From: Marsupella aquatica
Lineage: Eukaryota > Plantae > Marchantiophyta
Direction of reading: 5' to 3'
DNA: 64,000 nucleotides
NCBI GenBank assembly: GCA_973895155.1
Contig: OZ316892.1
Location: 15,058,861 to 15,122,860, forward strand
Below the pieces are notes generated by a model, which was not told the origin of the DNA, did no database searches, and saw only the letters and a program-made list of their open reading frames with translations. A program made the position numbers and the translations under genes. Of this stretch, positions 12,530 to 25,560 are shown in pieces (positions within the stretch are counted from its first letter, which is position 1; each line of letters opens with the position of its first letter).

Positions 12530-14420
12530 TAGTGAATCATTATCTTAATTAAACACTGAATTTGATTACAGACTCCCATGACACGTCCATTCCAAAATTC
12601 CTGGCCAATGGTTGTGCCACATTAGTGATTTCTGTCACAAACACAATCAATGATAGTTGGGGCAACAAACAAACACGACCTTTGTTGTTTGTCACGTCGC
12701 CCAACAAAGCAGTTAGACCCAAGAATGGTAAAAACTTAAGAAAATGAAAAATATTATGCCTAATAACAAAGAGTTGGGGCAAAACAATAACTTTTGTAGA
12801 CAGTTTGACTATTTGAGTAATAGTAAATCATTTCTTAATATTTAATTTGTGTACTTCAGCAACAACAACTAACTCCTTAAATCTGATTGATTGATGCATT
12901 CAATTGATCCTTGGCTAACAAAGAGGTTGGTGGAAGGTTACAAGAAAATATGCATGGTTGTCAAATTTTTTAGATAAACTAATCTTACTTATAAATCTGC
13001 AACTACAAGCTAGAGTTGGGGCCTAGGCTTCTAGAGTGAAGCCTCTAGACAGTAACTCTATGGCTCATCATGATATCTATGATGTATGTCATGTCAAATG
13101 ATAATTATGACTGTTTTTTGTTATGATTTCTATTTATATTAAAAACTTATTTCTATGGCCTCACCATAAATAAATATGTGCATAAGTGGGATGTAGGATA
13201 GAAATTCTAGGGATGTGCATAGAAAACAGTATTATCTTATGTTATGTATGATTATTAAAATTATGATATGCATGATATTTTTTTTATCATTTCATTAACC
13301 TTAAAAATATGTGAATAAGGAATATATTTTGGTGACATTTTTATTGTCCTCCCCTATTCACTTTCAAAGAACAGGTAGTTGGGGCTAGTGAGATCAAATA
13401 TTGATACTTAACAGTGGCCCTCTGCACTTTATATTGATGGTACTTTAAATTAGTTAGTAGTTATCTTTGGGATTTCATGATGTTGTTTTTGTGCTACCCG
13501 GGTATGTTGGCATCCTGAGATGCATCAACAGAGTTTTGTAGCCATAAGTTTGTTGTCTCAAGCCTATTTGGGCTGAGATTTTTAGCATTGCTATTTAGCT
13601 CAGGGAGCTGCTTACTAATAAATGTGAAGAAAATAGATGTCCCAGAACTTTTGATGACCCTTTCAAACCAGTTAGATGAACTAGGTTGACGAGAAACAAA
13701 AAAGAAAACAATGACTTAGGATTTGGGGATGAAAAATGAAAAAAAAACAGATGGAAGATTAAGGTGGCAAGGAACAGGAAAGATATCTGAGGTTGCCAGT
13801 TTTTGTTAAGTTGATTTTGCTGAGCTTTAGCCACCAATTAGTTTCCACTTTTGTTGAGCATTACTTTAGGAGTTTATCCACTAATTATTGAACTTTGGTA
13901 TGTTCATTAATTGAATGGATTGAAGTCTAGTAGTGAGACCCCGTGGTAGGGTGATTTGTATGAAAAATCCAGCAAGGGGGGGGGGGGGGGTTGCGGCAGC
14001 AGTGGAAATACAAGGGCGGGAACCATTCACCTAATCTTCATGGGTTGCAATTTATATTATAAGGATTTGGAAGGGTTACTTATTCTACTCCTTTGGGCAC
14101 CTTGTTGGTATTGTCAAAGCATCATCCCACCCACCCAACCCTCAAAATAAAAATGATTAGGCAACCACAATTCCCGGAAATCAGTGATTTCTTCTTGTTT
14201 TTTTGTGAGGGAGTTGTTCAAAGTGGCAAATGCCTCAAAGATCTCCAAGGTAGAATATGTCAGACCCCACCTAATACTGACTTATGAATTTAGGTAGTGT
14301 TATTTGTTCCCTTAGTTTTTCTTTGATCACTTCACTTACTAGCTAGGAGCTATAGGAGAGGAGAGTGTTTAGCTAATTAAGAATTCACTTGCAACCACAA
14401 TTACTATTGTAGTATCATCC
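12530..14420 (-). repeat. Interspersed AT-rich repeat of unknown class
   Basis: The reverse complement aligns by eye to 29150-30240 and 30500-31150 (e.g. 14140-14280 vs 29300-29430 and 30650-30780). A fragment also lies at 55090-55260. Confidence 0.7.
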
Positions 14421-14963
14421 GGGCTTGTGTAAAAAAATGAAATTATTGACATTTTGTACCTGTCTAGAAATGCTTATGAAACATAGAAATAAGTTTGTGA
14501 TTCAATTTTAAGAATGTTATGGACATCCTGATGTAAACACTGACTTTGCAATGTAATGTTTATTTTTAAAATGAAAAAAGTAGCAAAAACTGGAGAATAT
14601 GGATTGGGATATGGATTAGTTCTTGGCAAGTATTTAAAGCATATATAAGTACGGGGCACACAAACTAATTCATTGTTGAGCTGAACTTGCACGCAAACTG
14701 AAGTTGTTCCATGAAACATTGCAACCGACATGGACCACTTTGAACCATTACTTTTTACTCAAGTAACACTTCCCTTTGTATACATGCTCCTGTGGGTATC
14801 AGTTGTGTTTGGTCTCTTGGAGAGTTGGAGCCCATTTCTCTGTTAAACTGCTGCATTTTTGGCCTTGAACATTTTAGTTTCCGTGAATCCGTGCATTTTT
14901 TCTTTCCTGGGCATATCCATATCCTAATTGTTTTTAAAGTGCGAACATGGTCCACCAGCTGTC

Positions 14964-16525
14964 ATTAACCCCTATAATATGCCACTTTTTAGAATGGTCG
15001 TCATTCAAATTTGCAGGGCACAAAAATTTAAAAATCTGGTCAAAGATAAGTAATAAAGCCAAAGTGTGAATTGAGTTTAGTGTGGCTCACAAAAAGTTGC
15101 ACCAATGTCCAATACACGCAAGAATAATCACACGATACACCCCAAAAAAGAGAGACTTTAACACAAGGATCAATGCACGAGTATCAAGGAGGATACTCCC
15201 TCCATGATCCATGCAAATAAATATTGTACATATTCAATATTGTGTTCAATAAAAAACTGTTCTCCCAATATTTGTGGTGATTTTTATTGTCATTTTCAAT
15301 GCCAAAAAACAAAAGTAATAAGACCCAAAGACATAGTGAAGAGCATGGCACAAGTGTTGATGGCAAGGTGTAGGGCGAGGGGCACACTTGCAATGTAGGG
15401 GCGGCAAACGAGTGGAGTGATGGCGAATGAGAAAAAGAGAAGACCCAAAAAATAGGGAAATGGGGAAAAGGGGGGAGTTTAAGGTTTAAAAGGAACATAA
15501 GAGAAAAAAGGGGAATTAAAAAAAAAAGCCTCTCATTTTGTTATACTTTTGTGGTTGTCATAGCCTTTTGTGTGACATCTTTTATTCAAGATTTTTTTTG
15601 TGCAAAGAGAAAAAAGAAAAAAAGAAAAAAGAACTTTTGTGGTTGCCTTAGCCAGTATTCTGCACATCTTTCATTCAACAAAAGTTTTTGTGCATAATAT
15701 TATCTAACATTTTATTTATTTATTCAACTATATTTTTTGCACCATGATCTATTTCTCAGCAACATCTTTTATGCAACATTTAGGGATTGAAAGGATACTG
15801 ACAGAATGGTCATCTTTGCTAAACCCCTAAACCCTAAAAGCCTAAATTTGAAACTGATAATATAACATTGTGCCAATTGATAGAGTGGTTGCCATTCCAA
15901 TACAGGAGCATTTTGGGTAAAAAAATGATTTTGGGTAAAAAAATGAAACAAAGAAAAAGACTCGCTCATTCTCTCCTTGACTTTGTACTTCATAACATCT
16001 TTCACATAACGACAACTTAGGTGAAACAACACCTTTTTTCTTATAACTTCTTTTATTTCACGATATCTTTGGCTAAATGACACCTTTTTCTTAACAATGT
16101 CTTTTGTGCAACGCATGGGTATTTTCCCTCAACGATGTCTTTGTCGACATGACATCTTTTCTCTCAATGACGTCTTGCCGACACAACTTTTTTTCTCAAC
16201 AACCTCTTGGCCGACACGATATCTTTTCTCTCCATGATCTCTTGGCCGACATGACATCTTTTATCTCAACGACCTCTTGGCCGACACGACATCTGTTTTT
16301 CTTAAACCACAATTGCCCTTCAAAACTACGGGTTACCCGTAGTTACCATTAAAAGAAGATTTTTCCTGAAATTGTGGAGCAAACTGGCATGCTAGAGGAG
16401 AAGAGTGATTGAAATGTGAAAAAAGGGAGAGGTCTTGGACACTTCCCCTTATATAGGGCAAGTTGTGGTTTAACGACATCTTGGTAGACACGACTTCTTT
16501 GTGCAACGCATGGGTATTGAGCTAA
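14964..16525 (+). mobile_element. Non-autonomous Helitron of the same family as 10287-12476, opposite orientation
   Basis: 5'-like ctataata...atggtcgtcattcaaa at ~14970. 3' end GTGCAACGCATGGGTATTGAGCTAA|T at 16501-16526. 15245-15390 is the reverse complement of 11380-11535. Confidence 0.65.
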
Positions 16526-18071
16526 TTTTCTTTATATAAAAGAATCACAAGTGCTCACTTTCCAGCTCCAGACGCAGTACCACGTATCCAATCATGATGA
16601 TGACCAAAATAATGTAAAGCCCTTGGGCGCAATAATTATTGTAAGTCACTTGTAGTCATTCTCTGTCCTGCAATTGTTCTCTGTCCTACATTGTCTGCCC
16701 GGGCTCATCAGAGTATATGAAACGGCTGTCAAGAGAGGAATTCGGATAGATCTCAGAACAGGATTGCATTCAGGAAACAGGATTGCCCTCATGGTTCCGT
16801 TGTGATTCCACATGATTTCATACAAACTGTGGAATGACAGATTTCCTTCCATTACTGTAAAGTGACAACAGTAGGTCCAATCCCCTTCTTGATTTAGGCA
16901 CATTCGAGCCCAAATATTATTTCGCACGAACACCTGCATTCTAGCAAATTCAACATCAAAGAAGGAGTTTGAAGACCACTCAGCAGCAAATCAGGTCATT
17001 CTGTGATGTTATGCCTGTCATCGAAACTAGCATCCCGACCATGTTTGGCCTCTGAACAGGCAACTAGCTGCTTAACTCATCTTTCAGTCTCGACAGCAAA
17101 AATTTCATCGCCAGACGGGACCAAATTTTTTCACCTTCGAGCAAAGACGTTGTTGTGGTCTTTGAATCAATTGAAAACGGTGCAAGAAAAGACAATACAA
17201 ATCACCATTTCACGGGTAGTCATAAGCTCAATTATTGAATCATTGTAATCATAAAGGGGACACAAGGGCTAACATCAAACTACCTCAGTTACCGACAGAA
17301 AAACAATTCAACGTACCCATATTAGGGCCTGGATTAATGAATGGATTAATGAATGAATTGAAAGCTCACGCGGGACCCAACTGGGCAATGGCCATGGGAT
17401 CACCACTGAACAAAACTTCCGAGTCAAGGTCAAAGTCAAACACCAAAGAAAGTCAGAAGCAGGAACAAGAGACGTATGAGCAAGCAGATCTACTTCCCGG
17501 ATTGCTACCGAAGGCACTCAGCAGCTGAGTTCTGATCTAGTATGACATCCATGCGCTAGCATATTTTTCTACCTCATAAAAGAGATGTACTGATCCAGAC
17601 GTGGCATGTGGTGAAAGCTACGTCTAAACAGGAAGTGGCTCTCATCATCTACACGTTGTGCATAGCAGTGTCTTCACAAGAGCGCTGACAAGGGTGTTCC
17701 TCCGTTTGTCCCTTCCAACAAGACAGATGCCAGCACCACATCTAAAACAGCTTAAGACTTGGCGAGCTGCCCCTGGCCGTTCGTGCTGCAGGATAAGCAG
17801 CAGGCTCAACTACCTAAAAGTACTACCTAATGGCGCAAACATATTCTTCGAGCCGTTTATGAGATATCGGCAACCTTGCCTCTGAGTTGCCAGGTTGAGG
17901 AAGGCCTTGATAGCCAAAAATTAGATTCAAGATCACAGCAGCAGACCAGGAATTTAATTTATACCCAGAACAAATCAGCCTAATGCATCTGATCAGAATC
18001 TAACCAGAGGATTATTTCCTAGATTTTCGAAGCTTGAAAGCTACCTCTTGCTTGTCAAGATTCCTAGTTCC

Positions 18072-19556
18072 TCAATGCTTGAGAGATTCTTCCTGTTTGT
18101 GATGATACAATTTGGTCATTTCTCTGCGTTCACAGTCCTTAAACATATGGAAGCGGAAATGCCTGGAGGGATTCATACGGACAAACTTCAAATACGTATA
18201 AGCAAAGCTTAATTGGTCTCGTGATGTGAAGCGCTCAACTTCATTGAACCAAAGGCACGAAAACAGATTGGACATAGGAGTATGAGCCCTCACTATGAAG
18301 GAGCCTTCTGGAACATGGCTTGGTAGAACCTTGCGTGGATCTGATGCATTGAACCGAGTCAGTCCATCTTTCTGATAGAACTCAAACTGCTCATCAATGA
18401 CTCTGTGGTCGAACTTATTCAGTTTCTTGTTTTGCGCCACTTCTTCCCACACACAATGTCGATCATAATGATTTGAAATTGCGTACTCATGTTTTCCTCG
18501 CCATAAAAAATGCTCCAAGATTAAGAGTGGATCACTTTGTAGACGTAGCTTGCTATCCAGCCAGATGGAGTACTTAGCATTTGGAAACAAACGGTGTGTC
18601 AAAAGCTTTGGCACCTTCCCTGTCCGCCGGTTATCAGAATATGGCAGATTCTTGACAAGAATAATCCGCCAAAGGCCGTAGGTTACATTTCCATCTGGAA
18701 CCTCACCCTCCTCAATCATGCCGTCTAAGGTTTGCTGATCCACAAACATAGCGAAACAGACCTTTCTTCTGGTCGAGTTTGAGACCTTCTTCGTAGGATT
18801 GTGTAGTCGGTCATAGTTGCCAAATATGCACGATGATACAGCAATATGGCACGACTGTAGATAATCCTTGTCACCTTTACTAAGATCAAACCCCGTTTCT
18901 GGATATCCGTCAGACCCTGCAACAAATCCACACTGCAAAGTTTGATTCCTTGCGAGGAAGGACTCTTCTCTCTGCATCAGGCTTTGATGTCCAGCAAATT
19001 TTGGATTCCAGTCTAAATCGCCTTCTGGTTTCTGCTCATTTTGAACGTAATTTAGAGCGAAGCTTTCGAAAATCGACATATCTGTGGGCTCTTGAAGTCC
19101 ACTAGTTGTATTTCTGAACGCAATTTCACAAGCCACTGAGTGCTTCCTTCTCCTCCTGTTAGAACTACGTCCCTGGTCATCACCATAATCCTTCTCTGCC
19201 CGCACATCCTCCCCATACTTGTCCTCACTAAGCCTTAAAGAATTGTCTCCCTTGTGAAAGATTCGAACTCCTGCCAAGTCATAATCCGCCCCAAAGAATG
19301 TGCACAGCATGACCACCAGAAGGCAAATCGAAATCCAAACTGAAAGTCTCCGGTTCCTGGAAACCGGGCGTGCAAATTTCTTGCTTCTCCATGACTTGAT
19401 TCTGTCCGAGCTTGAGTGAATCTTCGGTGGCAGCTGCTGCTGCTCAATCTTCGCCCCATGCTCGTGTACCCTCAACGATGCTCTCTGGTCTCCAGTCATC
19501 GATGGATCTACGCCACCAGCCTGCCACGACTGTGATCCCTGCCTGAACCAGGCCAT
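18072..19556 (-). CDS. DUF616 / MUCI70-family putative glycosyltransferase (type II membrane protein), intronless CDS, 494 aa
   Basis: Single ORF from ATG 19556 with an N-terminal TM segment. Motifs VSSCIFGNYD, RRTGKVPKLLTHRLFP, YSIWLDSKL, VPEGSFIVR and CLWFNEVERFTSRDQLSFAY. Confidence 0.92.
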   Translation of the reverse strand: MAWFRQGSQSWQAGGVDPSMTGDQRASLRVHEHGAKIEQQQLPPKIHSSSDRIKSWRSKKFARPVSRNRRLSVWISICLLVVMLCTFFGADYDLAGVRIFHKGDNSLRLSEDKYGEDVRAEKDYGDDQGRSSNRRRRKHSVACEIAFRNTTSGLQEPTDMSIFESFALNYVQNEQKPEGDLDWNPKFAGHQSLMQREESFLARNQTLQCGFVAGSDGYPETGFDLSKGDKDYLQSCHIAVSSCIFGNYDRLHNPTKKVSNSTRRKVCFAMFVDQQTLDGMIEEGEVPDGNVTYGLWRIILVKNLPYSDNRRTGKVPKLLTHRLFPNAKYSIWLDSKLRLQSDPLLILEHFLWRGKHEYAISNHYDRHCVWEEVAQNKKLNKFDHRVIDEQFEFYQKDGLTRFNASDPRKVLPSHVPEGSFIVRAHTPMSNLFSCLWFNEVERFTSRDQLSFAYTYLKFVRMNPSRHFRFHMFKDCERREMTKLYHHKQEESLKH

Positions 19557-20827
19557 ACATGCTTTCTGTTCTTCTTGTATCTCCTCACCCAAACACTTCG
19601 CCCAGTACCCAAGGGATGCAGAACAGATCTCTCAGCTTGATATCACTGAGGAAATCGATTCAGCATGACTATCATAAGAGGATGACCTAAACTCCTTCCG
19701 CTGGCAAAGCACCTTCACAAGGGTATTTCAACAATCGGACCCATTCCCAACGTGCATGCGTATCCCTCCCTCTGTTTTCTCACCGCCACATCCGAAGCAA
19801 TACTCGAAGCCCCGATCATCGCCGTCCTTGATTCACCTGCAGTGTGCCCGTTGTAGCATGTATGAGATCAGTCTAAGGAGTACTATCTCAACTTCTGGCG
19901 TACAACTCGTGACAATAAACGCTCTACCTCACGTCCACGCTTTTCTACTTTTCAGCAGGATGTCGACGTCACCAAGTCCGTAAGTCAACTACTTACCAGA
20001 CCTTAAAAGCTTCGAAATTCGTCAACCTACAACCTTCTCAATCTCAAAAATACGAATGGAGAAAACGTTCGATAAACTCAACTCAAGGTCGGAATCCCTT
20101 CGGCAGGCAAGAAGCCAGTGTGGGCTGAGGCAAGGGTCTTGATTGCAGAACCCGGTGAACTGCAATATCAACGACCTTTTTGTCTTGGTGACCTCAATTT
20201 TCTACTAATACTGGCACTCAACTCTTGTCCTTGGTCAATACACTAGGGGGTCTATATGGACCCATAGTGTACACAGTCAGTACATGGTCAAATACAGTAA
20301 AAGTCTCTGACAACATATACACCCATGTAGTCTCTGACAACATGTACGCCCATGTATGGTCAAAGTACAATTACAGTGTGACACTGTAAATACCAAGCTG
20401 TCACCTACGCCGAGATCTGATCCCGATTTGAATTCGTTCAGCCAGTCCAACGGAGCCAAATCCAACCAGGTCTCATGGAACGACAAAGAGGATAAGCTGG
20501 ACAGCTATAGTGTAGTACCTTACTTTAGACACGGTAGGAACTTTCTGCTTCGTCGTGGGCATGGGCGTGGAGATGGAGACCGAGAACGAGGAGAAGAGAG
20601 AGTTCGCTGTCCGCCATAGGCTCGTCTCATGGCTTGACGAATGAGCGGTAGTGGGGGTGAGGTGAGGTGCTGAATTTCGTGACGGACGAGGGGAATTCGG
20701 TGGCTGCGAGGGGCGGAGAAGGGATCGGATCTTCTGTGAACGAGCGATCCAAAGAAATTAAGAGGTGGGATTGTGGAGGTCTTTGGTTAGTTGGCTTTTG
20801 AATCTCGTGAGGCCCGGATGTGAAGCC

Positions 20828-23800
20828 ATGGCAGGTGGCACGGTGCCTGCCAATGCCGGTTTCGACAATTCCGCGACTTCTAATTCGGAAGCTCCTCCTG
20901 GGGGTGGGCCGCGCGGAGACGGCAACGGAAGGCAGTTGGTGCGCAGCCTAGTGATTAAGGCAGCATGCCTTGTGGGCGGGGCTTACTTGCTGAAACGCCT
21001 AACCAAGACTACCACCAGATGGGACCATTCCCGCATTGTAGCTCAGTCGCTCAGTGGAGAGAAGGTTTGATTTCTCATTGGCCATCTTTCTCTGATCACA
21101 CACTATTTTTGTTGAAGATTTGCGAGTCGGGTGACGTGCGGGGACTGTAATTGTATCTGCGAATGAGAATGAGGCTACCGGGAGGAGTGCATAATTTCAT
21201 TTTTGCGGAGGTGGCCCTGGTTGATGAGTTGAAGAACATTAGTGGTGGAGCGAACTGGCTGGAGGGTGTTTATTCACTGCTGCTGCCGTCATGGGTACTT
21301 GGCTTTCTTTAGATGTAAACCCTTAAAATCAATTTGGGATCAAGGTGAGAGTTTAATTGTAGTATCTGTCGTAAAATAATGGGTATTTATTGAATGAATC
21401 TCCAAGGCATTCCTGGGAAAGCAGAATGTAGCAATCACTGAATTGGAATTCTCAATTTTCATTTGTGACAGTTCTCCTCAGACCAAGCAGCTCAGGATCC
21501 CATGACGTATTTTAACCTGAGGTAACGTAGAAGCTGTTTCTGTTGCATGATTTCTAAATTTATAGCGCTAGAGGCACTTTGGGGACAGTACCTTTGCTGT
21601 GCTGTGGCGTTATGTAATTGTGGCGCGTCCCTTCAGGATGCTGGCATGTCCTGCCACTGTTCTTGCTGATGGAGCACGAGTCCTTTATTTTGAGCAGGTA
21701 TTATCCTTATACCTAGTAGTGGCCTTTTTCCTTGTGATAGCAGTCTATGGAATTATTTTGAAGGCCCTGGCATGGCCACCTTTAGCAATTGATGCCACGA
21801 CAAGGTCTGAAGGATTCTGTCCGAATGTGGCACCGTCTGGAATCTGCCTTGCGGGAGAACTCCATTATGGTGCCACATCCGGAGAGATTGGTTGGTGGTG
21901 TTTATTTATTAGAATTTGGCGGTGCTACTCGGAACTTAGGATAAGAATTCCAGTTAGTGGCTGCTGAAATGACTGGTCTTCCTGAAGTTCGCTTCTTACT
22001 CGGTATTCTCTTAAGCAAGGAGAAAATAGATAAGGGTTATGGTCGAAATCATTCAGGGTTCCTCTCGGTATGAAGGTGATAGGTATGTTATTATTCCATG
22101 TCTATGATTCCCCCATGTTGGCGAGAGACTCTCCTGTCGTCTTCGGTTTCTGTTGGACAGCGTATTGACTTATAACTGTATGCATTTCATGTTCTTCCAC
22201 GGAGAAGGCATTTTGGAGAACTCCAGAGAGACCTTACCGACAGGTTTGTGATTTTTGAAACCTATTGTTATCTGTAAGAAGTCAGATTCCTCCCTAACGA
22301 TCAGAGCAGTCCATGTGGTATTGGATGGTATTCAATGAAGATCCTGTGACCTCGTAGCATGTTAGGGGCATCTTCATGGTTTATCTGTCTTGCGAACTTA
22401 CATGATGAGATCAGTTGAAGCTGTGCATGACGAGTACACTGCCTGTCACCGGCAAAGTTGGTTTGTCATTACGTATAAGATCCCTGGGTTTGCTTTTGCC
22501 TGTGTTTCTCACCTTGAGCTCGTGGATTCTTGGCTGATTTAGCTTGTGTGTGCAGAGGTTTTTAATGGTGAAACCCTGCTCGAAAGAGATGAAGTGTGAT
22601 GTTGAGGTTGGTGCTCTCCAGGACTTTCCGTCATGAGACAGAATTTGAGATCTGGCTAAAGGTTTTCTTTTTAAAGATAACCATCTAGTCTTTTTAAGGA
22701 GTGTCGATGACTGTTAGGTTAAACCATGGAGGGTACTAGTTCGAGGAAATTTCATTTTGCTTGTATGTACTCTGCATGGAGTATAACTTTAGAATTAGTG
22801 TTCGACTGGAACTTAGTTGAGTGCAATGGTTTTTCTTTGGTTGAAGGTGGCGTCTTACGCTGTTAGAGACATTGAAGAGTACAGAAACTTTTGTGATCGA
22901 GCAAAAAACCAAAGACCTCAACAAGTGGAAGTTGTTGCTGTAAGTTTTTCAAGACATTAGTATGTTGTTAACACGAATATCCGTCAATGGAATATCCTCT
23001 GCGCCTTACTGTTTGCAAGAAAGCTAGACCGACTGTGTGTTTGCTTAAGCGCAACTGCCCAGCATCACATTCTAGACATCCCAAATGTGAACATCACTTA
23101 CGCAAAGCGTTAGGAGAAAATACATGGAAGAATTGTTCATCTCTCCTGGTTTTGGTTAGTTTAGGATAAGAGGAGCTTTCTCTGTTCGTAATTGGTTGTT
23201 GAGGAAATGTCTATCTCATGAAGAGTTACCTAAACCTCTCAAGGGTGCAGGATATGGCAGAGCATCTCACAACTGTATATCTAGCAAAATGTGAACGGGG
23301 CAGGAGGTGTCTCTATGAAGGTTCTACTCCTCCCGGTGGCTTTCCAAACTCCTGGGTGAGCCTTCTGTTCTGTGTCGGTCAATTTCTGTTTTCATTCTAA
23401 AGGTTGAACTCTTTCTGAGTTGGGTTTCAAGTCGTGGAAGTACGTCGGGAGGTTTGGTTTGAACTCAGGAAGCTAAGTTCTAGGTAAGCATGCTTAAGAA
23501 TTCAGGATTTTACCTATTTTGTTGGTTTCATACGCCGAACTTCAAGTCTTCATTGTAATGGCTTCAATGTTGCTTTACTTAAAGACATCTGTGTTTGCAG
23601 AATGGTGCAAGTAGGTGTACATCGGAGATGACGATTTTCAAGGGTGGTGAAATACATTCTTGGGACCGTGCCTATGATGATGAAGGCAATCAGGTAACAT
23701 CAACACAGTTCGTGGCTTGTTTTGGGGTTCTGTCGTAGGAAATGATATCCATTTAGTCGTAATGATTTAATGATATCCTCTTCCTGTAGTTCATGAAATT

Positions 23801-24008
23801 GTGATGGTTTTCGTGTGTTACCAAGGTAAACATAAGTGTGGAGAGATTATCAACCAAGTGCTCTTCTGAATGGCAGGTTTGGGGTGTTAGGCAAGGACCA
23901 TATGAATTTAAACCTGGCCATTCAAGCGCAAGTGGTTTGGTTTCTGAGTCAGACTTTGCAAGCACCTTACTAAAAGAGGACAAGACGTTGAGCTCTTTCG
24001 CATCGTAG
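20828..24008 (+). CDS. CRL: Chromophore lyase CRL (CRUMPLED LEAF; CpcT/CpeT family), 9 exons, 285 aa
   Basis: Exons 20828-21064, 21472-21521, 21637-21697, 22208-22243, 22556-22606, 22847-22939, 23251-23355, 23601-23693, 23877-24008 in phase. Motifs TTRWDHSRIV, VLYFEQAFWRTP..PYRQR, YEGSTPPGGFPNSWNGA and WDRAYDDEGNQVWG. Confidence 0.95.
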
Positions 24009-24839
24009 AGTTTCTTCCACGCAACTTTGATAAGTGTACTCGCTCTTGGTGTGAGACTGAAAGGGGCACCTCCATATCCAGCAATCAACTGGCAGGGTGA
24101 GAATCGCTATGCTTTGTGAGCGCGCTTCCAGATTCTACTGCGTCATTAGGATGGCTCTGCTAAGTTGGCAAGTCAGATGAAAGAGGCGCCAGATATTTCC
24201 ATGCAGACGACATGCATTATTTCTGCTCTCCCTGTTTTAAAATTGTTCAAACCTGTTTGTGTTCAGTACGTTTTGATGTTGTGGATTGAAGCCAATCTCA
24301 AATTGAACAAAGTTTTTCTGCTCCCTTGAGTTAGTCACTTGGCATCGAATGGCTTTATGAAACTTTAGGAAAAAATGTTATGACTGGACTCCGGCCTGCT
24401 GCAGGATCCAGAATGTGGCCATTGTTTGGGTCTTGGTTTTAATTTCTGGGGAAGAATAGATCAAGTCTTCAATTGTTGGTGCCAAAGTTGCCAGTGCTAC
24501 ATATATACCTTTCTACGCGGTTTCAATCAGCTAGTAGTACAGCATTCCCATAAGGAGAATTCAGTTTGAACATATATAAGCTTTCTCCCAGGTTGATTCG
24601 TATGGGAGTGTGTGGAGTGGAATATCTCAGCATCCTGTGTAAGTTATTGAACTGCAATTCTACCTGCTGTTTGCTGTTGTGGATGTCACTGACTTCATCC
24701 CAACTTTTTCCCTTCATTGACGCAAACTTCCTTTCCCAAGAGCAGGACCTGGCCACAGCCTCTATAGATTCTTCCTTCCCAGGACAATATTGAGATTTTC
24801 CTTAAGTTTACTCTGGCTATATTATATAGGGCTGGTGAA

Positions 24840-25560
24840 GTAATGGTGCAGAATAGACCCATCATTGTTGTCACATACAACAAATCATCATCCCTTCTTC
24901 TCCAGTTGTCATCCCTTTGGTGGACCCCCCTGGTTTCCCTCCTTCTCCCCTTGCCTATCCACCCCCCCTGCTGGTGGTTGGGTCTTCCTGGGACCCTACC
25001 TTTTGTTGCACCCCCTCCTGTCCCCTCGTTGGTTCCGGCAGCAACCCTTGACCTAATTGTCCACTTAATCCTGCCCTGCCTTTAGATTTTGACCCTCCTG
25101 AGGCTTAACCCCCTCTTTGGATTTTACCCACCCTATCCTAGCCCCCTCTATTGTCTCCCTCTTCTGGGAACCCCATGTATTCTCTTCCTGGGCCCTTGTT
25201 TTAGACACTTGTTTGGACCTCCACCCCCGGCTCAGTCACCCTCCTGCTCTCCCGCCTCATCCCCCAGCGTCCCAGCCCACCCCCTCTCCTTTGTTGTCCC
25301 CCTTACCCCTACCTCTTTTGCCCCGACCTTGTGACATACCGCCCTCGTCCCACCCTTCGTCCCCCCTCCCCTCTATCACCTCCTCCTTCCTTGCCTCGGC
25401 CCCCAGATCCATCGTCATCTCCTTCCTCCCCTCCTTCCTCATCCTCTCCTGCCCCATCCCCTGCGCTGTCAGGCCCTTTGTATCCCATTATGCACAAATA
25501 ATGTCACAAACAGTGGAGTAAAAGTGGAGTGAAAGTAATGTCACAAACAGTGGAGCTCAC
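24840..25560. repeat. C-rich low-complexity tract, probably part of a non-autonomous TE
   Basis: Strong C/T skew at 24890-25470. 25514-25545 is the reverse complement of ~9645-9680. aatgtcacaaacagtggag is duplicated. Confidence 0.45.
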
